Below, in pieces: positions 49,046 to 57,965 of a DNA stretch of 64,000 nt (positions within the stretch are counted from its first letter, which is position 1; the number at the start of each line of letters is the position of its first letter). The position numbers and the translations under genes were made by a program. Under the pieces are notes generated by a model. The model searched no databases. It was not told the DNA's origin and saw only the letters and a program-made list of their open reading frames with translations. Origin of the DNA: a virus. The stretch lies in IMG/VR virus record IMGVR_UViG_3300030430_004661, positions 10,512-74,511 of that record; one strand, given 5' to 3'.

Positions 49046-52000
49046 TGAGCATACCAGAAGTGGGCTTAGAAAATCTTCCGAACTGCTATATCAACGGCGT
49101 AGAAATATACAAGGGCGGTAGAAAAAAAAATAAGTATGTTATATCGGTCTCTGTAAAAGATGTGAAGCAATTTGGTTCATGGACTTGGTATGATGAAAAA
49201 CAATTGTATAATAATATGCAAATGATTGTGGTTCTCTCGCACAATGAAAGTTTTAATTCCGACGTAGAATCCGGGTCAGTTGTGCTTACTAGAGACCTAA
49301 TGAACAACTATAAAGAAAATTTAGACTATAAAGTTGTGAACGTGAAGAAAAAGTGGGATTTAGAAAAAATACCCAAAGAAGAAACAGAAAACGGAGTAAT
49401 CCACACTTTTCCTTTTACTTTTAAAATGTTTAGTAGAAAAGATGCACAAAATTTAAGAGTATATGCTGCGTTGTTTATAAACAGATCAAAGTTTTCTGCT
49501 AGCAACGCTGTAGACCTATATTCTAAATCCTTAGCATATGGAGGACCAGTAGCCTCTGATCGTATAAAACAAAACGGCAAATTGAGAAGACGCGCCAATA
49601 TACTTACAAAACCAGACGGATCTATTCACATAGGACCATATCACCTCCATAGAAGAAAACGTATGGAGGGGTCTTTTCATACACCAGCGCCACATAAAAA
49701 CTTAAATCGTAAGAAAGTACAAAATCCAAAGATAAAAGACTATACGGACAGGAAATTTCCACGCCCTACTATGGACACTATTGACAAAGGACAGATGTTT
49801 TTCAAGACTTATGCCTGCAAAAATGATAGATCACTTTCTATGTTTTTCGGTTTTGACACAAGAGCAATTTTGTTAAATAGAAGTAAGATGGCACAAAAAA
49901 TTGCAAACTTTAATCCAATTTTTGTCAATGATCTTTTGTCTAGAATTAAAATAGAAAAAATGACAGTGATGAAAACAAAAGTTATGAAAGCTAGGGGTTT
50001 TTCTAAACTAGGGGTGCCCAAGTTTAATAGAAGAAGAAGCCTACACAGAAAATTAGTTTCAAGGTCTAGAGATAGGTTCCCTTCGGTTTTTGAGGCAGAT
50101 GACAACATAAAAGAAGTTTTCTTGTCCCCAAACCCAGCACATAGACAGTTTAAACTAACAGAGCAGTACCATGCAAACTCACAGTATCCAAAAGGCGATT
50201 ATACATACTCATTGCAGCTAACTTTTACTGATCCATCTTATGATTTTGTAAATGCGATGATAGAAGAGATAAAAGAAGCAAATGCAAGATTCAAGACTTA
50301 CTTATTTAGGCTTGATCGGCCATCAAGTGTTTTAAGTGACGACAACACCCTATCAGAAATGTTTAAAAGTCGGGAGATGTCTTTGAAGCCTAGGGTTGAA
50401 GATTTGGATTGGTTTGTTGCACTAAAGATGTACGTAAAATATTATTCAATTATTTTAAATTTGTCTACCCAAGAGGAAAACGATCTTCTCAGAAAGACGT
50501 CATTTATGGTTCACCCTTTATTCGCAACTAGAAGAAGCATACTGTTTTTTAGTAAAAAATTTAGAAAAATGTATTTTTATATAAGAAAGTTTTTTAACTT
50601 CTCTGTGAAGACAAATAGCGATGTAGGTACACAAGGCGTTGGCTCCTCAGCATCGGAAAAAAACAAAATACAAATTAGAAAAACTTTAAAGCGAAATCTA
50701 AACTTTGAAACTGAAGTGGCGTTTATAAGTTATATTCATTCAAAAAACGGTATGATTAGAAAAGCAAAACTAAAGCAAATTGCACAAAGAAACCGAAGCA
50801 AATTTTTTCGGAGAAAACCAAACTTTTCAAATACTCAAATATCTAGAATCAACACTAGTGCTGACAACGGTATTTTGGCAGCATTTAATAATATTAGTAA
50901 TTCAAAAGTTAGCTTTTTATCCCCAGTATCAGTATCAGAAAAAGATAGAAATGATGAAATAAAACTAGGCAGTCTAAATTCTTCATTTAGACAAAGAAAA
51001 GAAATATCAGAAATGATGGAAAGAGTAAGAAACAAAGAAATTAAAAAAGACAGTCCAACAAAACCTAGTAATAAAAGAAAAAAAAACAAGTTAGTAATAA
51101 AGTCGGCAAGAGAACGAGAATTTTACACTGAAAACAAACGAGATGCTTTTAAAGATACAGATAAAAACTTGGGAAAAAACAACCAGTTTCAAACAGAGGA
51201 TCCCGATTTTAGAGAATCTCAATCACAGAGAAGATCAAAATCTGTTAAGTCTTCCAAATTTAAAAAAAATAAGAGAAAAAACAACAAATACGTTGCAGCG
51301 TCAAATCCTGACACAGCAAAACTATTAACTGCCGCCAACAATAACAAATCTAAAGCACATAATTTACCACTGTCAATGAGGGCGTTATTTGGATCCGAAT
51401 CAAGATCGGTAGTTTCAAATGTAAAATCAATTGGCTCCAATCCTGACATATCTGCCGATCATGAAACGTCAGACGTTGTTGATTTAGTTTTCAATACACC
51501 GGCTAGAGTTGAGTATCTTAGTGGATATAGGACAAACTCTAAGGGAATATTGAATGTTAAGGCTCCCATTTTTAAGCTGCTAACAGACTCAGAGCTGGAT
51601 AATTTACAGACCCCGTTCATGTGTAGAATGAGCTTTTACGAGTTAAAGGGAATTACTGAAGAAAAAGAAGGTTTTGAAATCGCAAATAAATACTTTATTG
51701 TTAATAGCAATACAGACGTGAGTGCAAAAAACCAAATTCAAGTAAGCACGGAATTTATCACAGATCAGCAAGTCTTAAAAATGTTTGAAGGATTACAAGC
51801 TACAAAAATAGAATACTTAAGCTCAAACTTTGTACGCCAAGCTCGTGAGCGCCTCGGTCCAATCGACGCTCAGAACATCCCAGTTCAGAAAAGAAAAGCT
51901 ATTCCGGCGCCTAGGCCAAAGAGATCCAAGCTTCCAGAAAACGAAAGGCCAGAAAGAAACATCAGTCCAGCACCGAAGCCCCGAAGGAGCCCTAGAAGAC

Positions 52001-52239
52001 CACAGGCTGGTGCATCTGGTACAACAGAAACAAGTGAATCTAACACCGCAGTAGAGACACAAAGTGAATCTAGGCAACGCCCGAACCGTAGACGTCAGCG
52101 GTCTAGGCAGCGTGCAAACCGTAGACGTGAGCAATCTACCACAAGGACAAGATCAGAGAGATCATCGCGGTCAAGATCTAACTCAAGAAGATCATCGCGA
52201 TCTAGAACGAGAGGAAGATCTGGTGGAGGAGGATACTAA
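49045..52239 (+). CDS. Large basic protein with Arg/Ser-rich tail ending GGGGY
   Basis: 1064 aa, K/R-rich; tail RSERSSRSRSNSRRSSRSRTRGRSGGGGY. Confidence 0.65.
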   Translation: MSIPEVGLENLPNCYINGVEIYKGGRKKNKYVISVSVKDVKQFGSWTWYDEKQLYNNMQMIVVLSHNESFNSDVESGSVVLTRDLMNNYKENLDYKVVNVKKKWDLEKIPKEETENGVIHTFPFTFKMFSRKDAQNLRVYAALFINRSKFSASNAVDLYSKSLAYGGPVASDRIKQNGKLRRRANILTKPDGSIHIGPYHLHRRKRMEGSFHTPAPHKNLNRKKVQNPKIKDYTDRKFPRPTMDTIDKGQMFFKTYACKNDRSLSMFFGFDTRAILLNRSKMAQKIANFNPIFVNDLLSRIKIEKMTVMKTKVMKARGFSKLGVPKFNRRRSLHRKLVSRSRDRFPSVFEADDNIKEVFLSPNPAHRQFKLTEQYHANSQYPKGDYTYSLQLTFTDPSYDFVNAMIEEIKEANARFKTYLFRLDRPSSVLSDDNTLSEMFKSREMSLKPRVEDLDWFVALKMYVKYYSIILNLSTQEENDLLRKTSFMVHPLFATRRSILFFSKKFRKMYFYIRKFFNFSVKTNSDVGTQGVGSSASEKNKIQIRKTLKRNLNFETEVAFISYIHSKNGMIRKAKLKQIAQRNRSKFFRRKPNFSNTQISRINTSADNGILAAFNNISNSKVSFLSPVSVSEKDRNDEIKLGSLNSSFRQRKEISEMMERVRNKEIKKDSPTKPSNKRKKNKLVIKSAREREFYTENKRDAFKDTDKNLGKNNQFQTEDPDFRESQSQRRSKSVKSSKFKKNKRKNNKYVAASNPDTAKLLTAANNNKSKAHNLPLSMRALFGSESRSVVSNVKSIGSNPDISADHETSDVVDLVFNTPARVEYLSGYRTNSKGILNVKAPIFKLLTDSELDNLQTPFMCRMSFYELKGITEEKEGFEIANKYFIVNSNTDVSAKNQIQVSTEFITDQQVLKMFEGLQATKIEYLSSNFVRQARERLGPIDAQNIPVQKRKAIPAPRPKRSKLPENERPERNISPAPKPRRSPRRPQAGASGTTETSESNTAVETQSESRQRPNRRRQRSRQRANRRREQSTTRTRSERSSRSRSNSRRSSRSRTRGRSGGGGY
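52069..52206 (+). repeat. Short imperfect tandem duplications encoding the R/S-rich tail
   Basis: AACCGTAGACGT at 52084 and 52117 (33-bp period); AGATCATCGCG at 52159 and 52189 (30-bp period). Confidence 0.7.
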
Positions 52240-54137
52240 TGGCACTAGTACAAAAAAAGAAAATAACAGACTCTACTACACGTAGGAGGTTTTCAAAAAA
52301 ATATAAATCAAGAATTACTTTTCTTACTTCTGCTGAGAAGAGTATTGGTTTTATACGAGAGAAGGTGGTAAAACAATCGGCTGACTGGAGGGGTACAACA
52401 GTGGGAACTCGACTTGCTGGGTTAGACCACACAGTATCATATAATGAACCAGCGATCATAACGCAAGTAGAAATGAAAGACACTTCAGCCGGTGTGTCTT
52501 ACTATTTTGTTGAGCCGACTTTTAACTTTCTCTCGTTAGAGTGGGAAGATTTTTTTGCTGAGAGACGTGAAACCTCTGCGCCATGTATATATTCAGAGAC
52601 CGACTTCACACCAGAGCTCAAGGCATTTCCGAAAAGAAGGATTAACCGACAAACATCTGTGAACTTTAATTTACTCTTGAAAGATAATCACACAGCGGCT
52701 AATCAAGTTCGCCATGAGAACGTTATGTTTGTGAAAAATTACAATTATAAATCAGATAACTACAAAAAGAAAGATTACCCGTATTACATAAACATTGCTT
52801 TGGCCAACAGAACCAATACAACATTTAGAGACAAACTCGTGGAATTAAACTTATTTAACTTACTATTGGAGGATTATATACAAAGCGAAAAACAAACCAG
52901 ACGCTTTGGAGATCTTGATCTATCCATATTCAACCTTGAAACATGGGTGGGCAACAGCGACTTTTCAATCGGAGCAGATAACTTGGTTGTTCTGGGCGAT
53001 GCTAGGATGCAAGATAGTACGTTCACAAGAGGCTTAAAGAAGCTAGAGTTTTTGGGTTTCTTAAGAAAAAAGATGAAGGAAAAACAAAGAACTTTAAAAG
53101 AGATCCTCACAGGTCAACCCTGCTACACAGAAGTTTTATTTTACAGAGTTGATAAATTTGATGAACAAGATGTTTTCATACAAAGTTTTTGGATTCCCGC
53201 CGAAGATACTTTCAATCTCATGGACACACAAGTCAAGTACGGTGTTAAGTATAAGTATCAGTGCTCATCATACAATGTAGTGGTCGGCGCAAACTACAGA
53301 TATGAAGTCAAAAGAAACACCGTTGATGCCACAATAGAACACTCGGTTCAGCTTGTAGAGATACCAATGTTTCGCGATGAATGCAGAATAGTTCAACCTC
53401 CTCAGCCTATGCCAGAGATTATGTTTCACAACAACAAGTATAGCAGAAGCGAAATCAAGATGTCTTTGCAACTAAATCCAAACACTTACATAGCAGATTT
53501 TATACCACTGGAACCGTTTGAAGAGGATCAAAATGATCTGATAGCCGAATACAACAAGCTGAAAAGAAAAAACTACTTCCACTATGAAACTGAGCATGCG
53601 TTTTTTGAAGTATTTAAGATGGAATCTATACCACGAACTTATGATGAGGTAGATAATTTTAAATTAGCAGACCTTAGAAACCCATCACCATCGATATCTG
53701 CTACGCTTTTTGATAGAATATTGATGGATAAGCCATATTATTATGTTGCAAGATCAATAAACTCTCACGGTCTTTTGTCCAATCCAACACCTATTTATGA
53801 GGTAAGATTAACAGAAGACGCAGATGAAACGTTTTTGCATGTGGATGTTGTTGGGTTTATACAAAAGAAGCAAGAAGTACAGAACACAGTAGACTTTAGT
53901 AAATTCATACAATTGATACCGGCATCTGACCATACCATCTTTAATTCTAATCAAGAGTCTGTCATAAATGCAAACTCACTATATGGAAAGATAGATAAGA
54001 TAACACTGGGAATTGCCCAGAATCCAATCTGGGGAGAGAAGTTTAAGTTCAGATTTACATCGAACGATACTGGTAAGAAAATTGATTTTAATGTGACGGT
54101 AAAATTAACTAAGAAGAAAACACTTGAAGATTTTTAA
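52239..54137 (+). CDS. Putative structural protein
   Basis: DTQVKYGVKYKY and YYYVARSIN..G..SNP resemble FN3-like strands; structural module context. Confidence 0.55.
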   Translation: MALVQKKKITDSTTRRRFSKKYKSRITFLTSAEKSIGFIREKVVKQSADWRGTTVGTRLAGLDHTVSYNEPAIITQVEMKDTSAGVSYYFVEPTFNFLSLEWEDFFAERRETSAPCIYSETDFTPELKAFPKRRINRQTSVNFNLLLKDNHTAANQVRHENVMFVKNYNYKSDNYKKKDYPYYINIALANRTNTTFRDKLVELNLFNLLLEDYIQSEKQTRRFGDLDLSIFNLETWVGNSDFSIGADNLVVLGDARMQDSTFTRGLKKLEFLGFLRKKMKEKQRTLKEILTGQPCYTEVLFYRVDKFDEQDVFIQSFWIPAEDTFNLMDTQVKYGVKYKYQCSSYNVVVGANYRYEVKRNTVDATIEHSVQLVEIPMFRDECRIVQPPQPMPEIMFHNNKYSRSEIKMSLQLNPNTYIADFIPLEPFEEDQNDLIAEYNKLKRKNYFHYETEHAFFEVFKMESIPRTYDEVDNFKLADLRNPSPSISATLFDRILMDKPYYYVARSINSHGLLSNPTPIYEVRLTEDADETFLHVDVVGFIQKKQEVQNTVDFSKFIQLIPASDHTIFNSNQESVINANSLYGKIDKITLGIAQNPIWGEKFKFRFTSNDTGKKIDFNVTVKLTKKKTLEDF

Positions 54138-54144
54138 ACAAAAT

Positions 54145-54152
54145 CTATTTAT
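54145..54152 (+). promoter_or_regulatory. CTATTTAT motif in a hairpin loop, candidate late promoter
   Basis: CAAAAT-ctattt-ATTTTG (54139-54156); AGGAG RBS before ATG 54174. Confidence 0.55.
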
Positions 54153-54173
54153 TTTGATTAATAGGAGACATAT

Positions 54174-55127
54174 ATGGGATTTCTAGATAACAGCGGTGAC
54201 ATCATACTAGATGTTGTGCTTACAGACCATGGCAGAAAAGAGCTTTCAAAAGGTGACGGTTCTTTCAAAATTAGCAAGTTTGCTTTAGGAGACGATGAGA
54301 TTGACTACTCTTTGTACAATACATTGCATCCTAGTGGATCATCCTTTTACGATCTAGAGATCTTACAGACTCCAGTCTTAGAAGCATTCACTGACAATGC
54401 AGCGTCCATGAAGACAAAACTCGTTACATATGAAAACCTAGAGCTGTTGTTTCTACCAGTCTTAGAGCTGAACGAATTGACAGGAATAAACAAAAGATAT
54501 GACGGTCTTGACTCATTTATTGTAGCAGTGGATAGACAAACAGAAGATGACGATGAATCCACAACAACTAAAGGAATCGGACTCACATCCACTGGTGCTG
54601 AAAGACAAGGCGTCATATTTGGAGAGTCTTTAGATCGTGGGGCTTCAATTGTAGTCGATCAAGGACTAGACACCACACAGATCTCTGCTAAACAGAGAAT
54701 CGATCCAGACCTACGAGAAACCGAATACAGTATTCAGATTGATAATAGACTTGGATCAATCGTTGATGAAGGTGGTAACCAACTAGAGCTTAGTTATATT
54801 GATGATGATGATATTGCTTACTACGTTATATCTGAAGCGGAAGGTACAGCAGTAACAAATATCTCAAACTTAAGCAAGGCTAACGAAAGCCCAATAGCAG
54901 GACCAAGAGGATCTAGATTAAGATTTAGGATCAAATCTTCACTAGACCTCAACACAAGCAATTTTCTTTTCACAAGATTAGGTGGTACTACAACACTGTC
55001 CAACAGGACACCCGGTGGAGCAGGTACCACCACAGTTTATTATATCGACTCTATGGTAAGAGTCTCCGGTATGAATACAGGATATTCACTAGATATCCCT
55101 ATTCGTCTCGTTAAATTTAAATCATAA
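54174..55127 (+). CDS. Virion structural (baseplate/tail-associated) protein
   Basis: ILDVVLTDHGRKELSKG..FKISKFALGDDEIDY resembles the LT..G...I..FALGD start of tail-collar/baseplate-type proteins. Confidence 0.6.
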   Translation: MGFLDNSGDIILDVVLTDHGRKELSKGDGSFKISKFALGDDEIDYSLYNTLHPSGSSFYDLEILQTPVLEAFTDNAASMKTKLVTYENLELLFLPVLELNELTGINKRYDGLDSFIVAVDRQTEDDDESTTTKGIGLTSTGAERQGVIFGESLDRGASIVVDQGLDTTQISAKQRIDPDLRETEYSIQIDNRLGSIVDEGGNQLELSYIDDDDIAYYVISEAEGTAVTNISNLSKANESPIAGPRGSRLRFRIKSSLDLNTSNFLFTRLGGTTTLSNRTPGGAGTTTVYYIDSMVRVSGMNTGYSLDIPIRLVKFKS

Positions 55128-55141
55128 AATAGGAAGTAATT

Positions 55142-56209
55142 ATGGCTGAAGCAGGCGCATTTAAAATTTTAAGTGAAGACGATATCGTCTCAACAAGAAC
55201 TCTACTACACGAGGCAATCCCAATCACAGGAACTATCGTAAGTGGAACATATCAGGATAGAAACATTAAAAATCCTTCTCATGGTATGTTTCAATCTGTA
55301 TATGATTATCCTTTTCTGAGTTCATCTTCGAATCACATCTTTGATATTACTGTGGGTGTCAGCACTCATTCAGGAAAATATAACGCTACAAACAATCAAG
55401 CATCTAAGAAAAAGAACGTGTACAATCAAATGGCACAAATTCTTGTTGGCTATGATATAACAGGATCTGTATTAAGGTTTGATGAAGATGGTGATCTGAC
55501 TGGCGGGACTAAGATCGATAACGCCATTTTCATCCCCTTTTCCAGATTGCTAGTGAAAGATGAGATCAAGAAAGGCACATTTAGTATGACACTTGGTATG
55601 AATGCAGGACACGCTGATCCGTTTGGAACAGGAAATAATTTGACAATTACAGATGCATCTGGATCTAACAATTACTTTGTAAACTCACCTGCTGGTGAAT
55701 ATGGGATCTTATATGCTCAAGGTTTGCCGGCATCAAAAGGCTACAAAAAATGTGGCTTACTTTATTATCAAGCAGGCATTGCAGTCTTAACTGCTTCACT
55801 CTTTAGTCAAGACGCAGGAAATGGTTTCTTATCTGCATCGGCTATTATGAGCAACGAAGGTTCTGATACAATTGATAAACAGCTGACAGGGTCAACTATT
55901 CAAACAATTGCAAACAGCCTGAGACACCGTATTGGGAACGTTCAGTTCAATAACACAACCGAGCTAAACTCAACAATTTATTTCTGTCGTGCTAATCACA
56001 ACGAGTTTAATTACTCAACAAACCCAACATACTTGACCGGATCTAAGATTCGAGTTAAGACAAACTCAACAGATGAGCCCGTATCTTATATTACGAGTAT
56101 TGGCTTGTACAATGATAGAAATGAACTTATGGCAGTTGCAAAATTGTCAGAACCTCTTAAGAAAACACCGAGCACAGAATTTACACTTCGATGCCGACTT
56201 GATTACTGA
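55142..56209 (+). CDS. Virion structural (baseplate/tail-associated) protein
   Basis: C-terminal EFNYSTNPTY...YITSIGLYND..ELMAVAKLSEPLKK...RLDY. Confidence 0.65.
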   Translation: MAEAGAFKILSEDDIVSTRTLLHEAIPITGTIVSGTYQDRNIKNPSHGMFQSVYDYPFLSSSSNHIFDITVGVSTHSGKYNATNNQASKKKNVYNQMAQILVGYDITGSVLRFDEDGDLTGGTKIDNAIFIPFSRLLVKDEIKKGTFSMTLGMNAGHADPFGTGNNLTITDASGSNNYFVNSPAGEYGILYAQGLPASKGYKKCGLLYYQAGIAVLTASLFSQDAGNGFLSASAIMSNEGSDTIDKQLTGSTIQTIANSLRHRIGNVQFNNTTELNSTIYFCRANHNEFNYSTNPTYLTGSKIRVKTNSTDEPVSYITSIGLYNDRNELMAVAKLSEPLKKTPSTEFTLRCRLDY

Positions 56210-56217
56210 TATGACTT

Positions 56218-57372
56218 ATGGCCTTATTCAAATTCCATCCAGACGACATCTTCATAAACACTCTTGAAGCCTATCCAGAGTTTTCTTTCTACATTCATAG
56301 CGGTACAGTATTCATCGACAGCATGCCCCACAGAGAGGGAACTAATGCTGACGTTGGTAATGGGTTTGTTTCTCTATATGAGCTTAACAACGATAAGCCA
56401 GCAGCACAAAGAATACAGCCAACAATGATCAAAGATGCGTCTAGAGAGACGATACGAAGTATCTCGCAGCAAGACTTTGCCCTAAAGTATAACTACGATG
56501 GAGAGACTATCACTGGATCGTATGACCTATCTGCCTCTATTGCGAGAGACTACTTTGGACTAAACTCATCCGCTCGAACGAGACTCAATGCACTTAGGAA
56601 CTCCTTAGACCATTACAAGTTTATATCGCCCCAATATGCTTTTACTTCTAAACATGGAGACAAATCAATTCAAGAGGCATCTGTCATCTCTATCTCGTCA
56701 ATATTTTATGGCGAGAAGATTAAAAGAGGATCTGTGTTACTGGAGTACTTTATCTCAGGATCTCTTATAGGACGCTTACAAGATGTAGGATACAACGGTG
56801 AACTTATACAAACGGCACCTGTTGGCTCAACAGGATCTGGTTCCTGTGCAGGAGTTATCTTATATAAAGAAGGTGCAATCGTTTTAACAGGATCGTGGAC
56901 ACTAGGTGACAACTCTATAGATTATGTCGCATCCACGAGCACCACAAACAAATGGACACAGTTTGGAGACGGGTTACACAAAAATATAACACAGAACGCG
57001 ACTGCCTTATCTGCATCGTATTTCATTTCTTATCAAGGTGTTACACACACTAATACCATGATGATGATGGCACATGCAAAGTATGCTGAACTAAACCACT
57101 CAAACAACCCTACGTATAAAGATTACAGTCATCCTAACTTTGGAATATCAGTGACTTCTTCCAATTCATACATCGAGCTAAAGGTCCCACCAAAAAATAT
57201 TGTAGATACAGAACTAACAGATGTCATACCAGACTTTCAAAAAGAGACTTACATATCTAAAGTTGCAATCTACGATGACGATAAAAATCTAATTGGTATC
57301 GCTAAAGTTGCAACACCTGTAAGAAAAACTGAAGATCGTCAATATATTTTTAAATTAAAGCTTGACATATAG
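56218..57372 (+). CDS. Virion structural protein, paralog of 55142..56209
   Basis: Shared IK.G, ELNHSNNPTY...YISKVAIYDD..NLIGIAKVATPVRK...KLDI. Confidence 0.65.
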   Translation: MALFKFHPDDIFINTLEAYPEFSFYIHSGTVFIDSMPHREGTNADVGNGFVSLYELNNDKPAAQRIQPTMIKDASRETIRSISQQDFALKYNYDGETITGSYDLSASIARDYFGLNSSARTRLNALRNSLDHYKFISPQYAFTSKHGDKSIQEASVISISSIFYGEKIKRGSVLLEYFISGSLIGRLQDVGYNGELIQTAPVGSTGSGSCAGVILYKEGAIVLTGSWTLGDNSIDYVASTSTTNKWTQFGDGLHKNITQNATALSASYFISYQGVTHTNTMMMMAHAKYAELNHSNNPTYKDYSHPNFGISVTSSNSYIELKVPPKNIVDTELTDVIPDFQKETYISKVAIYDDDKNLIGIAKVATPVRKTEDRQYIFKLKLDI

Positions 57373-57390
57373 ATCCAAACGTGTTATAAT
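57362..57390 (+). promoter_or_regulatory. Consensus sigma70 promoter, probably giving a near-leaderless transcript
   Basis: TTGACA-17bp-TATAAT with TGn; ATG only 8 nt after the -10 box and no SD. Confidence 0.85.
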
Positions 57391-57398
57391 ATAGTATT

Positions 57399-57923
57399 AT
57401 GATTTTAGGATTAGACATTAGCACAAGTAGGATAGGCTACTCAATCATCGATCACGATGAAAATCTTATCAACTATGGGGAAATAAAATTAAACCCAAAG
57501 GAATCTCTAGAGACAAGAGCAGATCTTTTCTTTAGTATTTTAACACAATTGGAGCAAGACCATGATATTAAACACGTATTCATCGAACAGCCATTCATGG
57601 CATTCTCAGGAGGAAAGACCACGGCTGTCACCATGGCAAAGTTGCAACGCTTTAATGGTATGTGCAGCTACTGCGTCCGTTTGTTATTTGGTTTTCCTGC
57701 GACACTCATACAGGCTAATAAAGCAAGAGGACTCGTTGGGCTTAAGATCAAGCGTGGGGAAAAGACGAAGCTCAAGGTTATTGAGTGGGTTGAAGCGAAA
57801 TATCCAGAAAATTTTATAGTAGAGTATACGAGACACGGCAATCCAAAACCCGGAACAGATGATAAAGCCGATGCGATTGTGATTGCAAATGCCGGTTTAA
57901 AATTAAATCAAGAAAATACTTGA
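57399..57923 (+). CDS. ruvC: RuvC-like Holliday junction resolvase
   Basis: MILGLDISTSRIGY, VFIEQP, DKADAIVIA. Confidence 0.85.
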   Translation: MILGLDISTSRIGYSIIDHDENLINYGEIKLNPKESLETRADLFFSILTQLEQDHDIKHVFIEQPFMAFSGGKTTAVTMAKLQRFNGMCSYCVRLLFGFPATLIQANKARGLVGLKIKRGEKTKLKVIEWVEAKYPENFIVEYTRHGNPKPGTDDKADAIVIANAGLKLNQENT

Positions 57924-57947
57924 CAAATATTCACACCATGTTATAGT
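57920..57947 (+). promoter_or_regulatory. Sigma70-type promoter
   Basis: TTGACA-16bp-TATAGT with TGn; GGAGG RBS before ATG 57966. Confidence 0.7.
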
Positions 57948-57965
57948 ATAGCTATCGGAGGAAAC

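Noticed and set aside
47990-52239. Basic tails as nuclear localisation signals implying a eukaryotic virus
   Set aside because: Sigma70 promoters, SD sequences, overlapping operons and gp25/gp6 baseplate genes indicate a bacteriophage
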